This document shows positions 28,728 to 41,300 of a stretch of DNA of 64,000 bases, piece by piece. Every line of letters starts with the position of its first letter. The first letter of the stretch is position 1. Position numbers and translations under genes: made by a program. The stretch spans positions 75,082,001 through 75,146,000 of the forward strand of contig OZ024742.1 in assembly GCA_964016885.1 (NCBI GenBank), given 5' to 3'. This DNA is from Eledone cirrhosa. Its lineage: Eukaryota. The notes under the pieces are model-generated. The model had not been told where the DNA came from. It saw nothing but the letters and a program-made list of their open reading frames with translations, and did no database searches.

Positions 28728-29180
28728 TATATTCGTGTACATATATTTTTGCATACACAAAAACAAAATTTAAACAAACGTATTTATTTCACGAAAGCAC
28801 AGACGGCTTATCGTCATTGTTACTGCCGATATGCCACCCCAAAAGTCGCACTACTTTTGGCACAAGGCCAGCAATTACATAGGCAACGGTTGGAAATCAC
28901 ATGCATCACTGACGAGTTTACTCCTTATTCTACCAGTTAGTCTTAGTGTACTCGTTCTGCTTTTAGGTCATGCCTCGAAGGAAGAGATACTCCATTGGCC
29001 GAAATTCTGCGAAAGCGGCAAGAAAAAGAACCAGGCAGGCAAACGAATCGTCAGTGGAATCTGCTATTCGACGGTCGCAAGGCCGAGGTATTCCATACTT
29101 CTCTGTACTGTTTGAGAAAGGAGGGATTAACATGCCAATCTATGTTTAGAATCCCAAGCAGCGTCGGGCCATTCTGCTAG
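28256..29180 (+). mobile_element. Non-autonomous Helitron with a nested PLE-derived stub (~28530-28740)
   Basis: 5' end A|TCTATATATCTAAA..tctgtctgtc. 3' hairpin cccaagcagcgtcggg followed by CTAG|T. Confidence 0.7.
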
Positions 29181-29234
29181 TATTTATATATTATAGTAAT
29201 GAACGGAATATATAACACTATAGCATCATTATTT

Positions 29235-29292
29235 ATTTCATTATATATATTTCAGGGATGCTAAATTATAGTATGCCTTCTTCAGACAAAAT
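29235..29292 (-). ncRNA. Hammerhead ribozyme motif (type I)
   Basis: Reverse complement reads ttttgt CTGAAGA agg...cct GAAA tatata TA atgaaa. Confidence 0.6.
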
Positions 29293-30016
29293 ACAATATT
29301 AGATGTATAAAATGTTATATGACTTACACGCAAGAAAGACCGTATCCGATCGATTCTAAACGGGTATGTGATTCAAAACCTCAAAATTTTCTAGGATGTA
29401 AAGTTATTGGGAAATATAAAAATAAACAAATAAATAAATAAATAATAAGGTCAGTTAATTTAAACGCTTCATATGTTTATTGAAAATAGCGTAATTAGAT
29501 TGGTCAGAAAAAACCCGTTAAATGCTTATATCTTATTACACACACATATAGATACGCTATTATATATGTATATATGTAGATCGATATATACATGTTATAT
29601 TTTAATGTTACGAAAAAATAAAGGTATATGTTAGATACAGTGAGTAATGTATTTACATAAGTAAATAAATAAACAAAGGGGAACAACTTTGATTAATTAT
29701 AATAAAAATTATATTTTAAGGTTTTAGGAATGTTTGGTAGGATAAACATTTATTATTGGGGCCTATAATGTAAGCATAATATATAGAATATATTATGTCA
29801 AGGAATATAAATAATGTATCTTATGTTGTTACGATATAGATATGTATATATCTAAGAAAACCTATAATTATACTTATATATATGTATATATATAAGTATA
29901 ATTATAGGTTTATATATATATATGTAGGAGGTGAGTTTTATTGTAGTACAATAAAATTTGTTGATTTAAAACTTCACTATTCACAAGTGTTTTTTAACCT
30001 TCACATCATGTATCCC

Positions 30017-30087
30017 TATTTTATCTGATGAAAACGCAGATATCATCTCATGATGATATTTGTTTTTGAAATGCGCATAATAAAATA
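30017..30087 (+). ncRNA. Hammerhead ribozyme (type I, family D)
   Basis: tattttat CTGATGA aaacgcagatatcatc tcat gatgatatttgttttt GAAA tgcgca TA ataaaata. All core nucleotides are canonical. Confidence 0.85.
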
Positions 30088-30439
30088 CTTGGATCTCTTT
30101 TAACCATCTTTTGATCTTATATTATATATATATATATAATATATATTTGTGAAATGGACGGTGGTTGAATTTCAGTTGTGCACAGTTAAATGGTAGTAGA
30201 CGTAGTCGGACGAATATGAAAATTTACACACCTATGTAAAAAGTGCTAAGGAAGGAAATAGACGAGGTTTCAAATATCTAACTTAAAAAATGTGGTCCCT
30301 GGGGCCCCAAAACGGTCTATTTACTATCGCGTTCGGTGAGTTATTTCCCCTGTTCTAATACTTTTGTCTTATTTACAATTTCATATAAATAAAGCAGTAA
30401 ATAAAGGATTGTGAGTTTATGCAATTGACTTATGTTTTG

Positions 30440-30489
<50 letters not shown>

Positions 30490-31647
30490 GAAAACGATTT
30501 AATATAAACAAATATCAACTGTAATGTATGTATGCATGTATTTATGTGTTTATATGAGTCGGGATATGCAAGTAAATCTTACCATGAATATTATGCCCCT
30601 TAGCATAATATTCATGCTAGAACAGCATATATTTGAAAGTTTTCAGGGAGTTGAATTACTGATTTTGGATCGGCAGCTTTAGCTTTGAAAAAATGAAATG
30701 TGCAGTGTAAACATTTTTTATTATTCCTCCGGGGATGAATCTTCTCTGCCTTTTTCCATCTCTCTCTTTCTCTCTGGAAGAAATCAGCCGTAGTAAGACG
30801 TAAAAGAATGGTTAGATACACCATGAGGCACCGTGCATCACGGTGGAGTTGAAAAGCAGACTCAGAACATGATGTTCCAGGAGGAGGAAAAGAAGAAGAA
30901 GAAGAAGAAGGTGTGAGCTGGAGTCCTATCAAATTGAAGGTTTAGTAGAAACAATTCATGTATAGTTTTGTACTTTTCTTTTTGTCATTCATATATAAAC
31001 AAATCTACTATATAAATTGGAAGTGGTCGGACGTTGTATATTTAAGTAAGTAGGTGTAGTCGGATGAACGTCGAAACGGCTTGGTGGAATGCAGCGAAAA
31101 TTTACACAGTTATGCAGAATGACCCGAGGAGGCGTTGGGTCGACTTTTAGGGTACACACTTCTATGGTTACAGAGAAAATCGATGAAACAGGAATTTCCC
31201 ATGCAAATTGAACTGAGAGTAATCTGTGAACGCAGAAGTATATATTTCGAGAAACATTCCAACCGAACGAAAACTGGAATACGATATTTTGGTTCATGAA
31301 GACGTTCACTGGCAATGAACGGGGTAAAAATCGAGGATAATACGTCGTTATGTGGAGCGTGAAGAACAATTTGATGCAACGATAAGACCAAGTTTATGGT
31401 ATAAATGGAGTCGTTAGACTAATATTCTATTTAAAATAACAGAATGATTTCCAGCCCCGGAGTTTAAGAATGATGTAAATAAAATTGTAAACGAAAATGA
31501 CAGAGGTTATTAAAATAGTAAAAGTAAATAGTGAAGATTTAGGCCAGTACATACATATGCCCCGACGGACATACACATACATACGCACACACAAATACAT
31601 ACCCCCCCCCCCACACAAACACACACACACACACGAACGCACGCGCG

Positions 31648-32091
31648 TATGTATAAAACTTATGCATTTCTACAGTATTTTCACCAAACTTAAGATATAG
31701 GTTACTTATGTACTCCGGATGGTCATGGGCACTTTCATTTTTCCAGATATTGATTATAGGGCTCCCGGCAGATAACCCCTTTAATCACTTTAACCACTTC
31801 CTTGGAGTCGACTGAAGCACTGCATTGCAATGCAACAAAACGTCATAAATTCTGGAGTTCGCAACCGATTTGCACAAAACTTGACACATGGGCTACATTT
31901 GTCCTACAGATGAATGTGAACTCTCAGAATTGGCACATATTGGGTAGGAGACGCCTGGGGGCAGGAACACCCTTTTGGAAAAAGCCAATGATTTTGTAAA
32001 AGTATAGTTTTCGAAGCAGCACTGAAGTATTGATATAAATGGTATACACAACTGCTATTTAATATCCGAGCAACGCTGGCTACCTCTGCTA

Positions 32092-32092
<1 letters not shown>
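31648..32092 (+). mobile_element. Non-autonomous Helitron, 5' end eroded
   Basis: 3' end ccgagcaacgctgg...tgCTAG|T matches the Helitron ends at 29180, 61093 and 61398. Confidence 0.6.
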
Positions 32093-32132
<40 letters not shown>

Positions 32133-32135
<3 letters not shown>

Positions 32136-32852
32136 CATGAGAAGAATTGAGTGCTGCGTGGTTGCACATGGGTTACATATGAAAAAAATAGTCCTTCATC
32201 AGTGATTTTCCAACCTTCATTGGTATTTCATCGCTTTAAAAATCATATACCTCCAGTTGGTGCGAGCAATAGCTAAATAAAGCTATTGGGACAAGTAATA
32301 TCGCTTAAAGCGAGCGAGACAAGTAAACAAACATATAAGGTATAGCAACGGAAAGATAGGAAGAAACAAGCACATGATATCCGTTCAGCTTAAGCTGGGA
32401 GAATTTCATGGGCGAGAGAGACAACAGACCGTCCGACGTGAGTAAGGTGTGAGCGAGAAAGGACCCGACACAGGCCAAACGGGAGGAAGTGAGAAGGGGA
32501 GAAGCAGAGAATGAGTGAGTTGAAGTGCGAGGAAGAGGCCAGTCGAGAGAAAGTGTGACTGACAGAGGGGGCGAAAGAAGGTCAGAGATACAGAGAGAGG
32601 AGGGACGCAGTAAGAGAGAAACAGACAAACGCAGCTGGGAAAATATATATAAAACATGAGAAGAATTGAGTACTACGTGGTTGCACATGGGTTACATATG
32701 AAAAAAATAGTCTTTCATCAGTGATTTTCCAACCTTCATTGGTATTTCATCGCTTTAAAAATCATAAACCTCCAGTTGGTGTGAGCAATAGCTAAATAAA
32801 GCTATTGGGACAAGTAATATCGTGTAAAGCGAGCGAGACAAGTAAACAAACA
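32133..32852 (-). repeat. Partial tandem repeat (~200-bp direct repeats, ~519-bp period), pLTR-like
   Basis: 32133-32333 is repeated at 32652-32852. Minus strand contains CTGATGAaggacta, but no closing GAAA is visible. Confidence 0.7.
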
Positions 32853-32892
32853 CACATATATATATATATATATATAAAATATATATATATAA

Positions 32893-33187
32893 AAGAAATA
32901 AGATTTCGCTTCAAGCATAGCTTTATACAAATATGTATAGAAATTTCGTATTTCTAAAGAAATACGGTTTTATGAAGCCGTAGCTATGCAAACACCGGGG
33001 CTAACGTCATCTGGTCGTGTCCAGCAGTGGGAGGGACCGAGCTGAAGAAGGCCAGTCAAGCCTGAAATGCATATACGGTTGTCCCCCTTTCTCCTGCTGG
33101 ACACCACCAGAGGGCGTTAGCCCGGTGTTTGCATAACTACGGCTTCCTAAAACCGTGTTTCTTTAGAAATACGAAATTTCTATACAT
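32893..33187 (+). mobile_element. Fold-back mini-element family A with central HHR (33036-33079), in (TA)n
   Basis: Inverted arms at ~32930-33027 and 33094-33187. HHR reads accgag CTGAAGA aggc cagtcaa gcct GAAA tgca TA tacggt. Confidence 0.8.
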
Positions 33188-33459
33188 ATATATATATATA
33201 TAGGGTAACAAGTTATCGTTATAGGTAATCCAGTTAGAGGTTATGAGTACTCTGCGTCGTGGATAGTTTTAACGTACGGCTTTGTTTAACTCAACAAGAT
33301 GTTTCCATAGTTAGGCAGCGAGTTCGCGGTAATTCCTATGCAGGTTATACTTGGAGTAATAATAGTGAAAGAATGAAGAGTAACATGTTACTTTCTTACG
33401 TTCACTATTATTACTCCAAGTATAACCTACATAGCACCCAACCATGTTACTCTTCATTC

Positions 33460-33509
<50 letters not shown>

Positions 33510-34540
33510 CTAATAAATCAATCATACAAATATATCAATTTAGCTATATATTCTGGGAAAAGATCTAGAAATTCGGTGCAAACAACCGGGAGTCAAGTGG
33601 TTAGCTGAACCATAGATAGGGTGGCGTCGATAGTATGGTGCAGAGGGTGTGCAGAGGCTACACAAACACAAAGGTCATACAATATATATATATATAACGG
33701 AGGAGAAAGTACATGAGGTAATTAGAAATGGAAAAAGAGTAATAATAATAATCTATAATTAATAATGTATAATAAGGCATGGGGAAGATTACACTATAAT
33801 AGGTATAAAAGTAAGAATAAGGTAAAGTATAAAGGAGGATAAAAGTGGAAATAATAAAGATAAAAAAATATATATGTAAAAAAATATATAGAGAATATAT
33901 AAAGAAATATAAGCGAATATTTGGAGGGGAAAACACAATGTAAAAAAACCGATTTGTTCAAATAAAAATAAAAATATTATAATTATGGGGTGAGAAAACG
34001 GGATAGAGAAATATGATCAAATGTGATTAGTTGAGAGAATATAAGATGATAATAGTTATGTCAAGTTTATACATCTTAATAATAAATAATCTGTGTATCA
34101 GAGTTACAGAACCTTCAATTCACTTACAGGTTCAAGCCACGTGGCATAGTCCATTGTTTATCTGTGCGGTCATGCGCGTTTGTTTTTGACACCACAGCAG
34201 ATGCACAAGTTCGTAAATTCCAATGCAGATAGAAATCTATTTTTGCTCACCCGGACATTGACGGAGGATCCAATATTCCTAGTTCAATATGTGTGTGGTG
34301 TTATTTTGGTCGCACAAATCAATCACTTGGTTCAATATTATGGAGTATGGTTTTCTGGTCTTCGTAACAGTGTCAGTGGTTGTATATCTGGAAATCACAA
34401 GGATCACAGTACTCCGGTTTGGTGTGATTATCGGTCATCCAGCTATGTTGTTGGTGATTGGATTCAATTCTATTAGCCCGAACGTTGAACTTTGGTGTCG
34501 ATAGAACATTAACGAGGCAGGGTGAGATCGCATCTGTGGT
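33510..34540 (-). mobile_element. Probable degenerate PLE 3' stub
   Basis: Minus strand ends ...QWTMPRGLNL* at ~34125 (PLE-type T..P.GLN terminus), followed by an AT-rich UTR ending at (TA)n. Confidence 0.4.
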
Positions 34541-35059
34541 ACAAAACGGTACGCAAGGAAATTCTAATGTTCTAAATAGTAGCTTTTTATTCCTGGGAGT
34601 GAAAAGCCCCTAGTTGTTGTCACAACGCCTTTTTAGGAGAGGGAAACTCTGAAAAAAAAAAGAAACCTGCGGCTTGACCAGTTCTCTTTTTCGGGTAGTG
34701 TTTTCGATGCTCAGAGAGTGGGATTGGTCGAGGGAAGGCCTTTCCACACTAAAAAAAAACCCTTCAAAGCACAGGCATTGCTTGTTCAGGATATGTTACA
34801 GGTTTGTGTGGCCGACCATAGCCTAAAAATGCATCTAACTCTATAATCTGACAAGCGATTGCAGTACTCTTAGCAGCGTTTGCAGCCATCATATACATAT
34901 ACACAGTATGTCTCAAAAGTCACCAAGAAGCTAATGGTGCTAGTAAATATTAGTGTGTTAACTGTTTAAATTTAATGTGATAAAAACACTATTACAATTA
35001 TACCCCCCTCTTCTAACATTTGGAAGAACTCTGTATGTATATATTAATACACATATTAG

Positions 35060-35190
35060 TTGCTGGTTCGATTCCCGAATCAGGCTGTGTGCTGTTTCAT
35101 TGAGTAAGACCATTTTTTCAGGTATTTTCACTCACGCATTAAAGCTACCAAGCTATGTCGGCCTCGGTCAACATCCGTGGCGTGGTGAGG
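35060..35190 (+). mobile_element. Possible tRNA-derived SINE fragment
   Basis: B-box ggttcgattcc at ~35065, followed by a ttgagtaagac core-like sequence. Confidence 0.35.
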
Positions 35191-35327
35191 AAAGCTTGCT
35201 TATATAGGTAACTATTAGTGTTTCATGAAAACACATTGACCAGGTTTGTACCTAGGAGATGTAGAGAAGAAAGCCTGTATATACAATATATTTCTTTTCT
35301 TTTCCCCCCGTAACTCCTGAAAGGAAG

Positions 35328-38300
35328 GTGCAACAGAAGTTTGTTCAGTAGAAGTTTGTGCAGTAGAAGTTTGTGCAACAGCGGTTTGTGCAACAGAAGT
35401 TTGTGCAGTAGAAGTTTGAGCAGTAGAAGTTTGTGCAGTAGAAGTTTGTGCAACAGCGGTTTGTGCAACAGAAGTTTGTGCAGTAGAAGTTTGAGCAGTA
35501 GAAGTTTGTGCAATAGAAGTTTGTGCAACAGAGGTTTGTGCAGTAGAAGTTTGTGCAGTAGAAGTTTGTGCAGTAGTAGTTTGTGCAGTAGATGTTTGTG
35601 CGGTAGAAGTTTGTGCAACAGCGGTTTGTGCAACAGAAGTTTGAGCAGTAGAAGTTTGTGCAGTAGAAATTTGTGCAACAGAGGTTTGTGCAGTAGAAGT
35701 TTGTGCAGTAGAGATTTGTGGAGTAGAGGTTTGTGCAGTAGAATTTTGTGCAGTAGAAGTTTGTGCAGTAGAGGTTTGTGCAGTAGATGTTTGTGCAGTA
35801 GCTGGTTGTGCAGCAGAAGTTTGTGCAGTATAAGTTTGTGCAACAGAAGTTTGTGCAGTAAATGTTGTGCAGCAGAAGATTGTGCAGTAGAGGTTTTTTA
35901 GTAGAGGTTTGTGCAGTAGAAGTTTGTGCAGTAGCTGGTTGTGCAGTAGAAGTTTGTGCAGTAGAAGTTTGTGCAACAGAGGTTTGTGCAGTAAATGTTG
36001 TGCAGCAGAAGTTTGTGCAATAGAGGTTTGTGCAGTATAATTTGTGCAGGAGAAGTTTGTGCAGTAGAAGTTTGTGCAACAGACGTTTGTGCAACATTGG
36101 ATTGTGCAGTAGAAGTTTGTGCAATAGAGATTTGTGCAGTAGAAGTTTGTGTAACAGAGGCTTGTGCAGTAGAAGTGTGTGCAATAGTGGTTTGTGCAAC
36201 AGAGGTTTGAGCAGTAGAAGTTTGTGAAATAGAGGTTTGTGCAGAAGAAGTTTGTGCAACAGAGGTTTGTGCAGTAGAAGTTTGTGTAGTGGAATTTAGT
36301 GCAGTAGAGGTTTGTGCAGTAGACGTTTGTTTATTAGAAGTTTGGTTAGTAGAAGTTTGTGCAACAGAACTTTGTGCAACAGAGGTGTGTGCAGTAGAAG
36401 TTTGTGCAAAATTGGTTGTGCAGTAGAAGGTTGTGCAACATACCCTTGTGAAACATTGGTTTATGCAGTAGAAGTTCGTGCAGAAGAAGTTTGTGCAGTA
36501 GAATTTTGTGCAAAAGAGGTTCGTGAAGTAGAAATTTGTGCAATAGAAGTTTGTGCAGTAGAAGTATGTGCAATAATAGTTTGTGCAGTAGAGGTTTGTG
36601 CAACAGGGGTTTGTGCAGTAGAGGTTTGCTCAGTAGAGGTTTGTGCAGAAGAAGCTATGCAACAGACGTTTGTGCAACATTGTATTATGCAGTAGAAGTT
36701 CGTGCAAGAAACGTTTGTGAAGTAGAAGTTTGTGCAATAGAGATTTGTGCAGTAGAAGGTTGTCCCATAGAGGTTTGTGTAGTAGAAATTCGTGCAACAA
36801 AGGTTTGTGCAGTAGAAGTTTGTGCAACATAGGCTTGTGCAGTAGAAGTTTGTGCAACATAGGCTTGTGCACTAGAAGTTTGTGCAATAGATGTTTGTGT
36901 AGTAGAAGTTTGTCCAAGAGAGGTTTGTGCAGTAGAAGGTTGTCCAATAGAGGTTTGTGCAGTAGAAGTTTGTGCAACAGAAGTTTGTGTAATAGAAATG
37001 TGTGCAGTAGAAGTTTGTGCAATACAGGTTTGTGCAGTAGAATATTTTGCAATAGCCGTTTGTGCAGTAGAAGTTTGTGCAGTAGAGGTTTGTGCAGTAG
37101 ATGTTTGTGCAGTACAAGTTTGTGCAGTAACAGTTTGTGCATTAGAAGTTTGTGCAGTAGAAGTTTATGCAGTAGAGGTTTGTGCAGTAGAAGTTTGTGC
37201 AGTAGCTGGTTGTGCAGTAGATGTTTGTGCAGTAGAAGTTTGTGCGACAGAGGTTTGTGCAGTAAATGTTTGTGCAGCAGAAGTTTGTGCAATAGAGATT
37301 TGTGCAGTATAATTTGTGCAAGAGAAGTTTGTGCAGTAGAAGTTTGTGCAACATTAGTTTGTGCAGTAGAAGGTTGTGCAACAGACGTTTGTGCAACATG
37401 GGATTGGGCAGTAGAAGTTTGTGCAACATTGGATTGTGCAGTAGAAGTTTGTGCAATAGAGATTTGTGCAGTAGAAGTTTGTGCAACAGAGGCTTGTGCA
37501 GTAGAAATGTGTGCAATAGTGGTTTGTGTCACAGAGGTTTGAGCAGTAGAAGTTTGTGCAATACAGGTTTGTGCAGAAGAAGTTTGTGCAACAGAGGTTT
37601 GTGCAGTAGAAGTTTGTGTAGTGGAATTTAGTGCAGTAGAGGTTTGTGCAGTAGAAGTTTGTTTATTAGAAGTTTGGTTAGTAGAAGTTTGTGCAACAGA
37701 ACTTTGTGCAACAGAGGTGTTTGCAGTAGAAGTTTGTGCAAAATTGGTTGGGCAGTAGAAGTTTGTGCAACAGTCCCTTGTGGAACATTGGTTTGTGCAG
37801 TAGAAGTTCGTGCAGAAGAGGTTTGTGCAGTAGAATTTTGTACAAAAGAGGTTCGTGAAGTAGAAATTTGTGCAATAGAAGTTTGTGCAGTAGAAGTATG
37901 TGCAATAGTAGTTTGTGCAGTAGAGGTTTGTGCAACAGGGGTTAGTGCAGTAGAGGTTTGCTCAATAGAGGTTTGTGCAGAAGAAGTTTTGCAACAGACG
38001 TTTGTGCAACATTGTATTGTGCAGTAGAAGTTCGTGAAACAAAGGTTTGTGAAGTAGAAGTTTGTGCAATAGAGATTTGCGCAGTAGAAGGTTGTCCAAT
38101 AGAGGTTTGTGTAGCAGAAGGTCGTGCGACAAAGGTTTGTGCAGTAGAAGTTTGTGCAATAGAGGCTTGTGCAGTAGAAGTTTGTGCAACATAGGCTTGT
38201 GCAGTAGAAGTTTGTGCAATAGAGGTTTGTGTAGTAGAAGTTTGTCCAATAGAGGTTTGTGCAGTAGAAGTTTGTGCAACAGCGTTTTGTGCAGTAGATG

Positions 38301-41300
38301 TTTGTGCAACAGAGGCTTGTGCAATAAAGTGCAGTAGAAGTTTGTGCAGTAGAGATTTGTGCAGTAGCAGTTTGTGCAATAGAAGTTTGTGCAGTAGAGT
38401 TTTGTGCAACATACTTTTGTGAAGTAGAAGATTGTGCAGTAGAAGCTTGTGCAGTAGAAATTCGTGCAGTAGAAGTTTATGCAATAGCGGTTTGTGCAGT
38501 AGAAATTCTTTCAACAGAGGTTTGTGCAGTAGACGTCTGTGCAATAGATATTTGTGCAGTAGATGTTTGTGCAGTAGAAGCTTGTGCAGTAGAAATTCGT
38601 CCAATAGAAGTTTGTGCAGTAGATGTTTCTGCAGTACAAGTTTGTGCAGTAGCAGTTTGTGCAGTAGATTTTTGTGCATTAGAGGTTTGTGCAACAGAGG
38701 TGTGTGTAGTAGAAGTTTGTGCAACAAAAGTTTGTGCACTAGAAATTTGTTCAAATGAGGTTTGGGCAGAAGAGGTTTATGCAGTAGAAGTTTGGGCAAC
38801 TGAGGTTATTGCAGTAGAAGTTTGTGCAGTAGAAGTTCGTACAGAAGAAGTTTGTGCAGTGGAATTTTGTGCAGTAGATGTTTGTGCAGTAGACGTTTGT
38901 TTAGTAGAAGTTTGTGCAGTAGAAGTTTGTGCACCAGAGTGTTATGCAGTAGAGATTTGTGCAACAGAGGTTTGTGCAGTAGAAGTTTTTGTAGTAGAAG
39001 TTTGTGTAGGAGAGGTTCTCGCAATAGAAGTGTGTACAGTACCTGGTTTTGCATTAGAAGTTTGTGCAACATAGGTTTATGCAGTAGAAGTTTGTGCAAC
39101 AGAGATTCGTGCAATAATGGTTTGTGCAGTAGAAGTTTGTGCAATAGAGGTTTGTGCAGTAGAAGTTTGTCCAATAGAAGTTTGTGCAGTAGAAGTTTGT
39201 GCAATAGAGGTTTGTGCAGTAGATGTTCGCGTAACAGAGGTTTGCGCAGTAGAAGTTTGGCCAATAGAAGTTTGTGCAGTGGAAGTTTGTGCAATAGAGG
39301 TTTGTGCAGTAGAAGTTTGGGCAATAGAGGTTTGTGCAGCTGAAGCTTGTGCAACAGACGTTTGTACAGTATAATTTGTGTAGAAGTTTGGGCAATAGAG
39401 GTTTGTGCAGTAGAAGTTGGAGCAGAAGCAGTTTGTCCAATAGAGGTTTGTGCAGTAGAAGTTTGTGCAACAGCGTTTTGTGCAGTAGATGTTTGTGCAA
39501 CAGAGGCTTGTGCAATAAAGTTTGAGCAGTGGAAGTTTGTGCAGTAGAGGTTTGTGCAGTAGAGATTTGTGCAGTAGCAGTTTGTGCAATAGAAGTTTGT
39601 GCAATAGAAGTTTGTGCAGTAGAAGTTTGTGCAACAGAGTTTTGTGCAGTAGAGTTTTGTGCAACATACTTTTGTGCAGTAAAAGAGTGTGCAGTAGAAG
39701 CTTGTGCAGTAGAAATTCGTGCAGTAGAAGTTTATGCAATAGCGGTTTGTGCAGTAGAAGTTCGTGCAACAGTGGTTTGTGCAGTAGAGGTCTGTGCAAT
39801 AGAGATTTGTGCAGTAGATGTTTGTGCAGTAGAAGCTTGTGCAGTAGAAATTCGTCCAGTAGAAGTTTGTGCAGTAGATGTTTCTGCAGTACAAGTTTGT
39901 GCAGTAGCAGTTTGTGCAGTAGATGTTTGTGCATTAGAGGTGTGTGCAGTAGAAGTTTGTGCAACAAAAGTTTGTGCAACTGAGGTTACTGCAGTAGAAG
40001 TTTGTGCAGTAGAAGTTTGTACGGTAGAAGTTTGTGCAGTGGAATTTTGTGCAGTAGATGTTTGTGCAATAGAAGTGTGTACAGTAGCTGGTTTTGCAGT
40101 AGAAGTTTGTGCAACATAGGTTTATGCAGTAGAAGTTTGTGCAACAGAGGTTCATGCGATATTGGTTTGTGCAGTAGAAGTTTGTTCAACAGAGGTTCGT
40201 GCAATATTCGTTTGTCCAGTAGAAGTTTGTGCAATAGAGGTTTGTACAGTAGATGTTCGCGTAATAGAGGTTTGTGCAATAAAGTTTGTGCAGTAGATGT
40301 TTGTCCAATAGAAGTTTGTGCAGTAGAAGTTTGTGCAATACAGGTTTGTGCAGTAGAAGATTTTGCAAAAGCGGTTTGTGCAGTAGAACTTTGTGCAGTA
40401 GAGGTTTGTGCAGTAGATGTTTCTGCAGTACAAGTTTGTGCAGTAGAGGTTTTTTCAATAGACGTTTGTACAGTAGAAGCTTGTGCAACAGAGGTGTGTG
40501 CAGTAGAAGTTTGTGCAGCTGAAGCTTGTCCAATAGACGTATGTGCAGTATAATCTGTGTAGAAGTTTGGGCAATAGAGGTTTGTGCAGTAGAAGTTGGA
40601 GCAGAAGAAGTTTGTCCAATAGAGGTTTGTGCAGTAGAAGTTTGTGCAACAGCGTTTTGTGCAGTAGCTGTTTGTGCAACAGAAGCTTGTGCAATAAAGT
40701 TTGTGCAGTAGAAGTTTGTGCAGTAGAGGTTTGTGCAGTAGAGATTTGTGCAGTAGCAGTTTGTGCAATAGAAATTTTGTGCAATAGAAGTTTGTGCAGT
40801 AGCAGTTTGTGCAGTAGAAATTTATGCACTAGATGTTTGTGCAGTATATGTTTCTGCACTACAAGTTTGTGCAGTAGCAGTTTTTGCAGTAGATGTTTGT
40901 GCAGTAGAGGTTTTTTCAATAGACGCTTGTACAGTAGAAATTTGAGCAGTAGAAGCTTGTGCAACAGAGGTGTGTGCAGTAGAAGTTTGTGCAGCTGAAG
41001 CTTGTGCAATAGACGTTTGTGCAGTATAATTTGTGTAGAAGTTTGGGCAATAGTGGTTTGTGCAGTAGAAGTTGGAGCAGAAGAAATTTGTCCAATAGAG
41101 GTTTGTGCAGTAGAAGTTTGTGCAACAGCGTTTTGTGCAGTAGATGTTTGTGCAACAGAGGCTTGTGCAATAAAGTTTGTGCAGTAGAAGTTTGTGCAGT
41201 AGAGGTTTGAGCAGAAGAGGTTTATGCAGTAGAAGTTTGTGCAACATACTTTTGTGCAGTAGAAGATTGTGCAGTAGAAGCTTGTGCAGTAGAAATTCGT